Shown here in pieces: positions 1 through 11,231 of a DNA stretch of 64,000 nt (the first letter of the stretch is position 1; every line of letters starts with the position of its first letter). Source of the DNA: Camelus ferus (taxonomy: Eukaryota). Made by a program: the position numbers and the translations under genes. Under the pieces are notes generated by a model, which saw only the letters and a list, made by a program, of their open reading frames with translations, was not told where the DNA came from and did not search any database. The stretch lies in the NCBI RefSeq assembly GCF_009834535.1, contig NC_045696.1, forward strand, positions 51,276,001 to 51,340,000, read 5' to 3'.

Positions 1-235
1 ATATTCATGAAGTTGTGCAACCATCATCACTATCTAAGTCCAGAGCATTTTTATCACCCCTAAAAGAAACCCTGTATCCATGAGCAGGTCACTCCCATCC
101 CTCACTCTCTCTGCTCCTGGTGATCACTAATCTACTTTCTCTTTCTGTGGGTTTGCCTATCTGGACATTTCATATAAATAGGACCATATAATATATGGTC
201 TTTCATGCCTGGCTTCTTTCACTTAGCACGATGTT
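1..235 (-). mobile_element. Old L1 3'-end fragment
   Basis: Antisense L1 3'UTR-type motifs (ccatcatcactatctaa, ctaatctactttct, ctggcttctttcacttagca). Confidence 0.7.
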
Positions 236-289
236 AAATTGCTTTTTGCTGGTTACAGCCATCTCCTCTACCTGACCTTGTCCTGACCC

Positions 290-810
290 AGTGCTCCAGG
301 CTCTGCCTTAGATTGGTTTCCCTTCTCCTCTGCTGCCCTTTAGGTGATCTCAGCCACTCCCCTAACTTGGAAAACCACATGTGTCAATGGCTCCCAAAGC
401 ATCTCTCTCACCCTGACCTCTTCCCTGAGCACCAGACTCAGACAGCAGCTTGCCAACTTGGCATCTTTGCTTGGATGCTAACCAGGCATCTCAAACTAAT
501 CGTATCCAAAACAGAACTCAGTTTTCATCCTGAATCGAGCCCATTTCTCCTCTAGTTGACCTAATCTCAGAAAATGATACTATCACCCTCCAGTTGTTCA
601 AGTCAAAAACTTAATACAGTGTGTAAAAACACATATACATACGCGATTATTTGCTTTAGTTCTGTTTCCCTCACTAGTCTGCAAGTCCCGTGAAGGCAGA
701 GACAGTGCCTATTTGGTTCACCGTTGTATATACCCAGTGCTTAGCACGGTGCCCAGCATATCACAGGCAAGCAAAGGATATTTGTTGAATGAATGACTGG
801 ACGAATGAAC
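290..810. mobile_element. Ancient L2/MIR remnants
   Basis: L2-like motifs (caggcatctcaaact; cagtgcttagcacggtgcc; atttgttgaatgaatga). Confidence 0.6.
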
Positions 811-1373
811 ACAAAAAAAGAATAAGACCTAATTCTTGCTCTCAAGTTGCCTACAGTTTTACTAGAGAAATCAGATACCTATATGTATTGTTAAAGACTG
901 TTGAACAAGTATAAAATTAAGTGTCAAAGTAAGTAGTAATGCTTTGGGAGGTTAGAGGCAGAACGATTAGGGAAAACTACATGGAAACAGGGGGTACAGT
1001 AAGTTTTAGAGAGGTGAAGACAAACATGAGCCTAAGAACAAATAAAGGAAGGGACGTGGAACTTGAGTTGTTTAGGGGCTAGTGAGGAGACCACTGCAGC
1101 TTCAGAAATCATTTAAGAAAACAAACCCTTCACCGTGGAGAATTTGATGAATAGACCTACTGGGAGGTGGCGCACACAGCAGTACGCTGTAGGAAGACGG
1201 GCAGTGCTAGGGCACGTGGGAGGAACTGCAGCAGTCCTACGACAGATACCCTAAGGAATCAGTCAGTCTTTTGTTTGGGCACCAGTAAAAACAAGGTTCT
1301 ATTAAATGTAAACTCCTGGCATACAAATAATCAAAACATTTCAACAATCTGATTTTGAAAATTATCTTTGCAG

Positions 1374-1454
1374 TTGAAGAGCTCACTCATTATGCTTCAG
1401 AGAACCTTTGAGCTACTAAATAAGAACAAGACTGGCCTGGTTGTCAAAAGCTAG
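1374..1454 (+). CDS. GRAMD1C: Terminal coding exon of GRAMD1C (Aster-C); upstream exons lie outside the window
   Basis: tctttgcag acceptor followed by LKSSLIMLQRTFELLNKNKTGLVVKS*. This matches the recalled GRAMD1C C-terminus and the expected synteny upstream of ZDHHC23. Confidence 0.88.
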   Translation: MKSSLIMLQRTFELLNKNKTGLVVKS

Positions 1455-3190
1455 TGATCTTAAGGACTGAAATTGTAGGACCTACCTGGAACCAAAAGAA
1501 AACATCTTGAAGGAAACCAGAGGATGAAGGATTTCAATCGTCATAGGAATATTTCCGTATTTTCTCCTTATTCATATTAATATGAACGTTCTTTTTAATA
1601 ACATTTGAGAATTAGTCTCTGATGGCCTTAAGAAACCATCCTTTCATTATACGTAATTCTAAGCTGTGAATTTCTCCAGTGAAGTGTGAAATATTTGGGG
1701 ATTTGAATTTCTGCGACACAAAAAGAAAAAGAGATTCTGAACTGAGCTGTACGGCCTCGTTTTCACAGTGAGGTTTGAAGTTTGATGCTTTATGTTTATC
1801 TGTTAGCACAGAACCAGTATGCATCCAATAGGCTGCTCTCACAGTTGAGATACATTGGAGAGGATAAAGAAGACAATATAAGAAGAAATCTCTTAAATCA
1901 TTACTAACTTTGAAGGATCAGTTTTCAGGCATATAATGTTCAGAGGTTTGTGTACTGTAAATACTGCAATGTCTTCATTTATGTATCATGCAAATTCAGT
2001 AGTCAGACCCTTTGAATCTGCATGTTGATTATGATCTGAAAGATTCTTCAAGCCATGTTGTATCTCTCTGAAAGAAATAACTGTTTCTTCTTCCGTTAGC
2101 TATCAAAGATGAGATTATCTTGCCTCTTCATACCTCAAATGGCAGAAGAGTCAATTCTGGAAAAGGGAACATGTTGGATACCAACTCTCAGAACGAAGAA
2201 CCATGCTCTGAGTTTTAGAAACCAGAAGATTATGTTAAAATCTGGGCATTTAGTGACAGATCAAATGAATACTTGAACTAAGCTTGGCTTCAGCTTAGCA
2301 AACTTTCACAGTGGAAATGAGCTGTCTGGTTGAAAATAATTTGTGGATTACTTTTAAGTAGCCACGTAAGGCTTCATTTACTCATTCATGTGTGTGGCTT
2401 TAGTCAGTAAGTTATAAGCCAGACACAAACATTAGCACTTTGATAAAGACTTTGAGGGGCATCATCTCCCAATACAAGTGCACTGACGAGTTGTAAGTCA
2501 TACATTAGCTTTCATTAAACTTTTTAGGCATATGTGTTTCAAGTCAAGTGATGTTGCTGGAACAAGAGAAGGAGAATGCAGAATAATTTGTATATATTCT
2601 CACTGTTTGAATAACAATTGCCTTTGGCTAAATATTGTTTTTTTTGCCCAGAGTCACCCAAAGTACATGGATTGCTAAAGTCATTTTTGAGATGTGGGTA
2701 GAGAATGAAAATATTGACTGGATTAGAGGGAAATGGGTTTCTCTAGCTGAATCCCAATTAACTCACCTTGGGGTGCCAGTGTACCTACCTGAAAGTTTTT
2801 TTGGTAAGGATTTATGAAGTGTGTGGCTGTGAGCAAGAGTGGATTGTCAACTTGAGATCTTGTTCTCTGTTAAATTCACAGAAATGATCAGTGACAAGCT
2901 GCATATTTTTGTGATGTTTCTTTAAAACTTGTACTTCATAAAATACCTCAAAGAAAATTACCAAAGTAAGTCGCTTTATAAATTATGACTAAATATGTAT
3001 GCAGAATTCAATTAATTGTATTTGAGCCTATGTAAATTAGACATCAATAAAACTCAAAATCTCTAGGTTGTTTTTCTTCTTTTTCTGTTAAACCCTCCCA
3101 AATCTAGAAGGCCTATTTTAGTGAAAACATATACATGGGCCTACACTCTTTTTAAAAATGTGTAAAAATAAAATCCCAAGAGGACTCTTA
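1455..3190 (+). other. GRAMD1C: GRAMD1C 3'UTR with candidate polyA signals AATAAA at 3046-3051 and 3167-3172
   Basis: AT-rich sequence after the stop codon. The AATAAA at 3046 is followed by a G/T-rich tract (ggttgtttttcttctttt). Confidence 0.65.
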
Positions 3191-3439
3191 GGACTCTTCT
3201 CTTAGGGCAGTTTCGTTTCAAATATGCAGCCTGCTGGAACTAAAGTACCAGATAGGCCTGCTGGTCCAGTGTAGCGACTGCTCGCCAGAAATCATGAAAA
3301 AGAACAAGTTGGGTAATTAACAGATCAGGGACAGTGATGGGCCTTTAAGAAAAAGGTAGCGAATTTGGGGGCGGTACGGCGGTAATATTTTGCAATGGAG
3401 CTCTCCCCCAACGCCTGTTGCTGGCGTCTGAATGAAGGC

Positions 3440-4500
3440 AAACCGACCCACGGGTCTCACGTACTTAGGAAACCCTCCGGGTTCCAGGGTTTCCCGCATT
3501 TCCGTCCCGGCGCCTTCCCGGACCCGAAGCCTTTGGAGGCTGCCCCGCCCACGCGCCGCCAGCGGGCACCGGCGGGGCGGGCGGGGTCCGGGCGGCCACC
3601 CCTGGGGAAGGGCGGGGCGGAGGTGCGGGGCCAGCCCTGCGCCCCGCCTCCGGGGCCCACTCCCGGGAGCGCGTTCTGCGCTCTACCGCTCCTCCAGGCG
3701 TCAGGGCCGCGGGCCGGGGAGGGGCCTCGCCGGCGGGCTCTGCACGTGCGAGCGGGCGGGCGGGGATCCCCGGCGCCGGGGGCGGGGCACCCGGAAGCGC
3801 GCCGACCTGCCGCGCGGAGCCCTGCGGGCTGGGGGTCGGCGCGGACGCCACGGGGAGGCGGGCGCACCGCCCCGGCGGCGGCGGCGGCGGCGGCCGGCTG
3901 TGGTCACAGGTGGGCGGCGGCGGCGGCGGCGAGGGCGCGGCGGAGTGGAGCCGGAGGCCCGGAGACTCCAGCCATCACGCCCCGCGGAGCAGACACCGGG
4001 AAACGTGTCCGCGCCTCCGGAGGAGCCGACCCTTCTTCCCTCCGCCTTGGCTTCCTTGGCTTCAGCCTCACCTTGGCCCCGGAGCGCAGGTAACTTCCCT
4101 CTCAAGGTCATTCTTCGGGCGGGGCGGTGTTCACGGCCCGCCCACGTCCTCACGTTTGGCGGGGGCGGGAGAGGCGCGCCCAGCTCGCTACGGAGAAGTC
4201 GGGTTGGACGGCGACCCCGGGCGCCTGGTGGCCTCTCCGGAGCCGGGTCGCCGGCCCCAGCAGCCGGGGACGTTCGCCGGCTCCAGCGGGTGCACGCTTT
4301 GTCTCTGCCCGCGTCCCTGACGGTGTTTCCACCCACGCCTAGGCTGCGGGCGGGGACCGCTCGGCCCTCCCTAGCCCGCACCCGCAGGTGAGCGCAACCA
4401 CCCGCGCCCCGGCTGTCCCGGGCCGCGTAGTCGGCTGTCGCTATGGGAACGGCTGGTGCCCAGACAGCGCCTGTTCTGGGTGGGGACCCCGCGGTGAAGG
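3440..4500 (+). promoter_or_regulatory. ZDHHC23: CpG island promoter of ZDHHC23 with GC boxes and short (GGC)n runs
   Basis: Very high GC and CpG density, several GGGCGG boxes, GGC runs at about 3874-3893 and 3913-3930. Confidence 0.9.
3900..4089 (+). other. ZDHHC23: Non-coding first exon of ZDHHC23 (start approximate); possible alternative first-exon donor at 4388
   Basis: Donors CAG|GTAACT (4090) and CAG|GTGAGC (4388) in the CpG island; strong acceptor ttttatttctcag| at 4610. Confidence 0.6.
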
Positions 4501-4741
4501 CAGCTTGGAGCCCCTAAAGCCCTAGAGCTGTCTGTCTCGACAGGTCGAGCCAGAAAAGCCTGATGAAAAGGGGGTCCCCCATCCCCCTCTTCTCATTTTT
4601 TATTTCTCAGGCATTGGCGGTTAATCAGAGAGAGGCGTGGATGGGTTTACAAGATGTGAGTTGTGTTCTTTCCACCTTTACCTTCTGAGGGCCTCTTATG
4701 CCTCACGGTGACAGGTGGAAATCACGACCGAGAGGGGCAGC

Positions 4742-4884
4742 ATGAAGCCGGTGAAGAAAAACAAAGCGGAAGAACCTGAATTGGAGCCCCTGTGCTGCTG
4801 CGAGTACATAGATCGAAATGGGGAAAAGAACCACGTGGCTGCTTGTTTGTGTGATTGCCAAGATCTCGATGAAGGGTGTGATAG
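4742..4884 (+). CDS. ZDHHC23: ZDHHC23 coding exon 1 (exon starts at 4611)
   Basis: ATG at 4742 reads MKPVKKNKAEEPELEPLCCCEYIDRNGEKNHVAACLCDCQDLDEGCD-R; donor AG|GTAAGA, phase 2. Confidence 0.93.
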
Positions 4885-6831
4885 GTAAGAGCAGAGTGTT
4901 TCTTGATGCTGACCCCACTGGCCCTTTTGAGAACTACCGCGTATACTTTCGGCTTGGCCATCCGCAGCATTGGAATTTGCTCTTCATCCTGTTTCCAGTT
5001 ATCTACAGTTGAGAGTGTCAAGTGTGAGAATTTTTAAAAGATACATTATCACTCAGTAGTGCTCTGAGTATTGTTCAGCTCAGTTTACTAAGACATTATT
5101 AGTTTTCATTTAAAGGGAGAAGATGATGGAGAGAATGGGCGGATAAAGGGACAGTAGACAAGATAAATGTATGAAAAATGCAGGCCAACAGAATCTGTAA
5201 GTTTAAAATGAACACATTAGTACTGGAAAGTTCCTACATTCTCAGTGTTCTCTGCATTCAGAGACTGACACCTTGGGCCCAGATTGCACTTGGCCGAAAA
5301 AGGCCTTGAGGGTTTAAAGATCATTTTCATGCTGTTGGAATCAGTCTCACTCCTTGTTTCTGGGGAGGAAGTGCAACCAGAAGGCATGTCCCTCCCCTGG
5401 ACTGGCTGTTTTCAACATGAGCAGCAATACTGTCTTGATTGATCCTATCGTATTTGGCTCTTATTTTCTCCATTATCTCGTGTTGGAAATTGCTATCCAA
5501 AAAGGTAATTTTTTAACATCTCTGAAAAAACTTTGTACCAAATGGTAATAATCTGGTTTTTATCCATCTTCTAGATAATTATATATTTAAAACTTTTTAT
5601 CACATGGAAAGCATAATGTGGGGAGAAAAAGAATGGGGGAAACTTGCTTTCCCCATTAATAATTACTTCTGGTTGAAAAAAATCATTGCAATGGCAAATC
5701 GCTGACTTAGAGCTTAGTGGGTTAATCTCGCCATGAGAAACATTCTTGTAGACTTCTGTAGTCTAGTACCCATAATCCCTTTGTGATTCTTCCTTAACAG
5801 TGTCTATTGTCTTTCTTACGGGTGTCTTTAAACATGGGTTCTTTAAACTTAGTCTGAAATCCATACTGAAAAAATGGAGCACTTTGCTCTAAATGCAGAA
5901 ATAATGCCTTTTCCATAATCTCTATCACTCAAGTCTGCAGCTCTTCCATTAACCTGGCTCTTCCTCCCTCCCAGCCCTTGAGTCCTTAGCTGTCCCTGAG
6001 TTCTCTTCTCTCCATACCCTTCTCTGGAGATAAGCTTCCAGAATTTCCACAGACCCTGTGTTCTATATGTCTTCCATTCACATCCAAGTCTAGCCCTATT
6101 TTTTAAAGTTCTAAATTTCTAAAATCAACGTTATCATTCCTTAAACTGTTCCTTTCCCTGCTAGCCCAAGTGTGCAAAAAAGTCAGTACCACCTGTCACC
6201 AAGCTCGCTCATTCGACTCTTCCTTATGTAGACCTGTGCCCTACGGAACTGGTTTGCTCCCTGGGCCCAGGACAGGTTTTGAGCTGCACACACCTCTCTC
6301 CACTGGAACGCCTCCCTGCCCCCTCTCCACCTGTATAGATAACTGGCTGGCAGTCAAAATCGAGCACAGATCCCACCTTCCCCACGCCTCTGATGACTCT
6401 ACCCAGAAGTGTTTCCTCTCCTCCAAGCACACTGTCTGAATGTAATAGTTCATTGGGCAATTTTGCTGCTGTCACTTATCTAACATTTCTTGAATTCCTG
6501 TGTTGTTTTCACAGCTAGATTGTAAATTTGGGATTTTTATGTCTCTACACCCACCCGAGTCTGAACAGTGCTTGTATGGACTATGTATGTATTCCTATGT
6601 ATTTGTTTCATGGAGAAGTGGTTTTAACTGTTAAATACCTAAGCATTATTTTCTCATTCATATTAGAAAGTGATACATGAATCTGAAAAACTCATGGTTA
6701 GTAGTAAGGAGGTAGAATGCTTGGCCTTTGGCTCCTTTATCAGTTATCTGCTGTTTGGCCTACAGTGTTGAGTGGTTTTTAATTCAGCAAACCCATGTGA
6801 AGCGCCTTCTCTCTGTGCTCTTTCTGAATAG

Positions 6832-7542
6832 ATGGATCACATGTAAGTCCGTGGGGCCAGAGACCTGTGAAAGAATCATGGATACGATCTCTGACCGCCT
6901 CCGAATTCCTTGGCTCAGGGGAGCCAGAAAAGTTAACATTAGCATCCTCCCCCCACTCTTCCTGCTGCCTGTCTTCCTCCGCGTGGCTTCCTGGCACTTC
7001 CTCCTGGGGGTGGTGGTTTTGACCTCCCTCCCTGTGCTGGCTCTGTGGTACTACTACCTCACTCACAGAAGGAAAGAACAGACTCTGTTTTTCCTGAGCC
7101 TCGGACTCTTCTCTCTGGGCTACATGTACTACGTCTTCCTGCAGGAAGTGGTCCCCAAAGGGCGTGTGGGGCCCACCCGGCTGGCTCTCCTGACCTGCGG
7201 GTTATTTCTGATACTCCTCGCCTTGTACAGAGCCAAGGGCAATCCAGGCTACCTCAGAAACCCAGCGAGCAATGACAGGTCTCCAAGCGGCAGCCAGACT
7301 GAGTGCCTGATCAGAAAAGGGCCGGACAAGACCAAAGGGTTCCCTGGTGCGGATCTGTCGGGCGGTCTCAACAACCGCACGCCCAAGGACGAGGCCAAGG
7401 GTTCCTGCAGGACGGCGGCTGGCAGCCCCACCAAGGTGAAGGAGGACTGGTGTGCCAGGTGCCAGCTGGTGCGGCCGGCCCGGGCGTGGCACTGCCGGAT
7501 CTGCGGCGTCTGTGTGAAGAGGATGGATCACCACTGTGTCTG
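6832..7542 (+). CDS. ZDHHC23: ZDHHC23 coding exon 2: TM helices and DHHC cysteine-rich domain
   Basis: Acceptor tctgaatag|; WITCKS...[31 protein letters not shown]; donor TG|GTATGT; 711 nt, phase 2-2. Confidence 0.96.
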
Positions 7543-8160
7543 GTATGTTGGAGAAATCTGGAGGCTTGCGGAGGGTACATTCACATGAGATTCTGGCCGG
7601 GCTTGATCTCCCTTTGTGCCGTCCTCAAGTCTCTCTCCTTCCCAGCTTTACACCTTGCGGATATTTGTGGGCTGTTCTGATGTTCCCACTTAGTCATCAG
7701 TTTTTCAAGTTTCACAAATTTAGTTCTTTTCAGTCATTTCCTGAGGTTTTTTTTCCCCCTTTTGCTTTCTCTTTTGAGCTGCCCCTCGTTTTTCTTCTCC
7801 TTTCTGAGAGGAGTATCTACAGTTGAAAGATTTGTTTTACAAATTGTTTTTCGGAATTGGTATAGGTGTATGTCCCCGTGCTCACAGAGATCAAGGAAGT
7901 GTTTTCCTGTATTTTTAAGTGACTCTTGTCCTCTGACGATGTATACATCCCTCATCATTTTGATGCTACCAGGGATTTCTAGTCTACCTTATTGAGTGAA
8001 GGCCTTGCCGGATAAGTCCCTATTTGGTTATTTGTGGAGAGCTGGGCTTTTTTGGTACCTCCCTGCTGGCCAGTGACAGATAAGGACACGTGATGCCCCT
8101 AAGATGTGCAGTACAACTTTTAAAGAAAATGTTGTAGCTTTACTGCACAAATCATGCCAT

Positions 8161-8299
8161 TTGTTTTTTATTTTTGTTGAGGGAGAAGTGAGGAGGTAAT
8201 TAGGTTTATTTATTTATTTTAATGGAGGTACTGGGGATTGAACCCAGGACCTCATGCTTGCCAAACACACATTCTACCACTGAGCTATACCATTCCCCC
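8161..8299 (-). mobile_element. tRNA-Ala-derived SINE (Vic-1-like, camelid)
   Basis: Reverse complement of ggggaatggtatagctcagtggtaga...gggttcaatccccagtacctcc with an AT-rich tail. Confidence 0.85.
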
Positions 8300-8945
8300 A
8301 ACTGCATCAATCTTAAAGGGGTGTGATTAATTCAGATGTGAATGCTTTAAGTAGCTGTTTGCAACTTTATCACTCTTGAGGTGTTTGTGGTCAGTGAATT
8401 ATGCTTTTTATGTCTAGGATTCTGGTCTCCTCAGAAAGGGATGTGGGGCAGGGTAAGGGTGCAGACAGCCAGGAGGGCACAGGACCCAGGGACAGCTCTT
8501 TTCTGGGGCTTTGTCTTTAGGAGTAAACAGGTGTTTTCATTCTTAGGTTTTCCTCGTCTCTGTCTTCATTTATCCTCATGAGTTGCCTGTGTGTGCCTGT
8601 GTTTGTGTGCATGCGGGATGGTGGTGGTGGTGGGGGCCCGTTTACAAGTGCTGGTTTGCAGAGGGCCTGACAGCCTCAACTGTGAGCTGGTCTCTGCCCA
8701 CTGGGGCGTCCTGTGCTTGTCCTTTAACTAATGATAGATTTCCCTCTGCAAAGAGCAGAGAATAGAAGACTGTATCTCTCAGCAGACAGGTTTTTAATTC
8801 CCTAAAATTGAAAAACAAGAAAACTTACTTTTTAATAACTGAAATTCACATTATCCCTGTTTTAAAAGCTTTCTTGTTTATAAGTGAATTATACAGAGAA
8901 CTTCTTAAAACATGTTTGCTTTTCTCCCCCCTGTGCTGTTTTGAG

Positions 8946-9113
8946 GATAAATAGCTGTGTCGGAGAATCAAATCATCAAGCATTTATACTTGCCCTTTTG
9001 ATCTTCCTGCTCACCTCGATGTATGGGATAACACTGACCTTGGACACCATTTGTAGAGACAGAAGTGTCTTCACAGCTCTCTTCTATTGCCCTGGAGTTT
9101 ATGCAAATTACAG
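8946..9113 (+). CDS. ZDHHC23: ZDHHC23 coding exon 3
   Basis: Acceptor ttttgag|; (W)INSCVGESNHQAFILALL...GVYANY; donor AG|GTGAGA; 168 nt. Confidence 0.95.
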
Positions 9114-10963
9114 GTGAGACATGGATACCATGCACAGGGGCCCCCGAAGGAGGGAGTGGATTTGCCGTGAAGTACAGGGCTGTGATTTGCTGCTAGGTGG
9201 GGCGTTTTCACCCAGAACAGAGCAGCTCTGGGATGCTGGGTATCCCTGAAATTGCCAGCACCGTTGTGTGGCGGACATGAGCATTTTTCTAGGGGGATGT
9301 CAGAAGGAATGTTGACCTTAGAAAGTGAGGAACTAGTGCTCTCCACATAGGACGAGACTGACTCAGGGTCTGCAGAGTCAAATGACCCCTGGCATGCCCG
9401 AGGTAGTGACGGCGGACCTGAGATGATAACTGAAGTAGCAGTGTCCAGTCTCTGTGTTGTACAGGGTCTCTTTTGTCATGAATATCAGGGAACTCCTCAC
9501 TTGACTGCTGCTTCCTGGTGCTTTTTAGCCCAATCTTGATTTACTGCTTCTGACGCTTTTGTGAAGTGCTCACAATCTCTGTGACCTTTCTTTTCTATTT
9601 AACCTCCATTGGTTTCTCCTGTTCTACTTTTTTTTTTTAAAAATCACCACTCATGATTACTGTGGTATCTAGGTCAAAATTTCCTTCAGTGTGTTTAGGT
9701 TGGGGCACATTTATATAGCGTGAAGATCTCCGTGCTTTAGCAGAAGCTGGAATTTTTTAGCTTTGGCCCAGCCTCCCCCTCCCCTAAAGCCACAGCCCCC
9801 CCCCCACCTATGTTCTTTGTTTCACCCCCTCCAGCAGTTTCCTGACATGGGTGCCCTGTGGGGCTCTGGTCCCCTGTCTGAGCTGGGGCAGCTCTGCCCC
9901 CAAGGTCTTTTACTTTCTTCTCACTGTTTTCAGTGCAGGCACTTCTTTTTACGAGTCACCATTAAAGATCTAGACATTCTTGGCACTGGAATAGATGGGC
10001 CCTCCTCCTGAGGTTAAGGTCCTTTCTCCTCGGTGCTGAGTCTCACAGGTTGTAAAATACTTAAGTAACTACTCTTAGTGGGTTGTGATAAGTGTCCTAG
10101 AGCAGAGCGTGTCTGTTTGTAAGCACGAGTTTTCTAGACTTTCTGTGGGCCACGTAAACGAAATGAGGAACGTAGTCTTGCCACTGGCTCTCACTGCTGT
10201 TGGCAGGCAATTCGTGTCTCCTTGTGGGGCCTTAACTGTGGTGGTTTAATCATCTCTGAGGTCCCTTTCAGCTTAACAAGTGAGGACTCTGAATTTATTT
10301 TCTGCTATCTCATTTACAAACACTGAAAATAATCAATTGGCGGACAGGAACAGGCAGCCTCTCACCGTCTTATTAATAAGCTGGCGGACTTTCTTGTCCC
10401 GTGTGATCCTGTGTGGGTTTAGGAAGCAGGATTTGAACTGGGCAGGGGCTCCTCCAGAGCCGCCGAGAGGAGGGCAGCTGGTGCGGGCAGTGGTCCTACC
10501 TGCGTCCACCAGCATCGCACCGAAAAGAATGGAGATGTGCGGCTCCGCGCTGTTCCTGGGTTCGCACTCCCAGCTTCCTTGAGGACGTTTATAGCAATCT
10601 CATGGTGCCTGCCTTTTCTTCTGAGTTAAGAATAATTGAGGGATTATTCACTTAACAAACACATTTTGAATGCTGTGATGGCAGGCACTTTGTTGGGTGT
10701 GTGGGGGATGCAAAATGCAAACAGTCGTTGTTAGTATCACCTACTAGAAAGAGAGTCCCCAATAATTATAAAACAGAGCATGTTAGCAGTCTTGAGTTAA
10801 GCAGGCTGTTGGTGTTGCGGGGATAGAAAAGTATCTTCCAGTTGGGGTGAGGGGAAGGCGCCAGAGGCCTTAGGAGTAAGTCCTGCATGTGTGCAATGTC
10901 ACAACGGGGACAGCTCCCTGCCTGTGAAGTGGGCAGCCCTGACCCGCCTCTTCCCGCTCTTAG

Positions 10964-11231
10964 CTCGGCTCTGTGCTTCACCTGCGTGTGGTACTCTGTG
11001 ATCATCACAGCGGGCATGGCCTACATCTTCCTGATCCAGCTGATAAACATCAGCTACAATGTGACCGAGAGGGAAGTGCAGCAGGCCCTTCGGCAGAAGA
11101 CGGGGCGCCGGCTGCTCTGCGGGCTCGTCGTGGACACAGGCCAGTACAGTCGGGGCTTCCTGCGGAACTGGCACCAGTTCTCCACCCTGGGCACACACCC
11201 CTTCCACCACCCTGCTGAGGACATTGTCTGA
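10964..11231 (+). CDS. ZDHHC23: ZDHHC23 final coding exon ending in the PDZ-binding-like motif EDIV
   Basis: Acceptor ccgctcttag|; SALCFTCVWY...NISYNVTERE...HHPAEDIV*; spliced CDS is 1290 nt = 429 aa plus stop. Confidence 0.95.

Noticed and set aside
3395..4391. Overlapping long ORFs on both strands (up to 319 aa)
   Set aside because: Low-complexity Arg/Gly/Pro/Ala translations, expected from stop-codon scarcity in a CpG island
6728..7588. 286-aa ORF as a single-exon gene
   Set aside because: It is a ZDHHC23 exon plus intronic flanks; splice sites at 6832 and 7542 explain it
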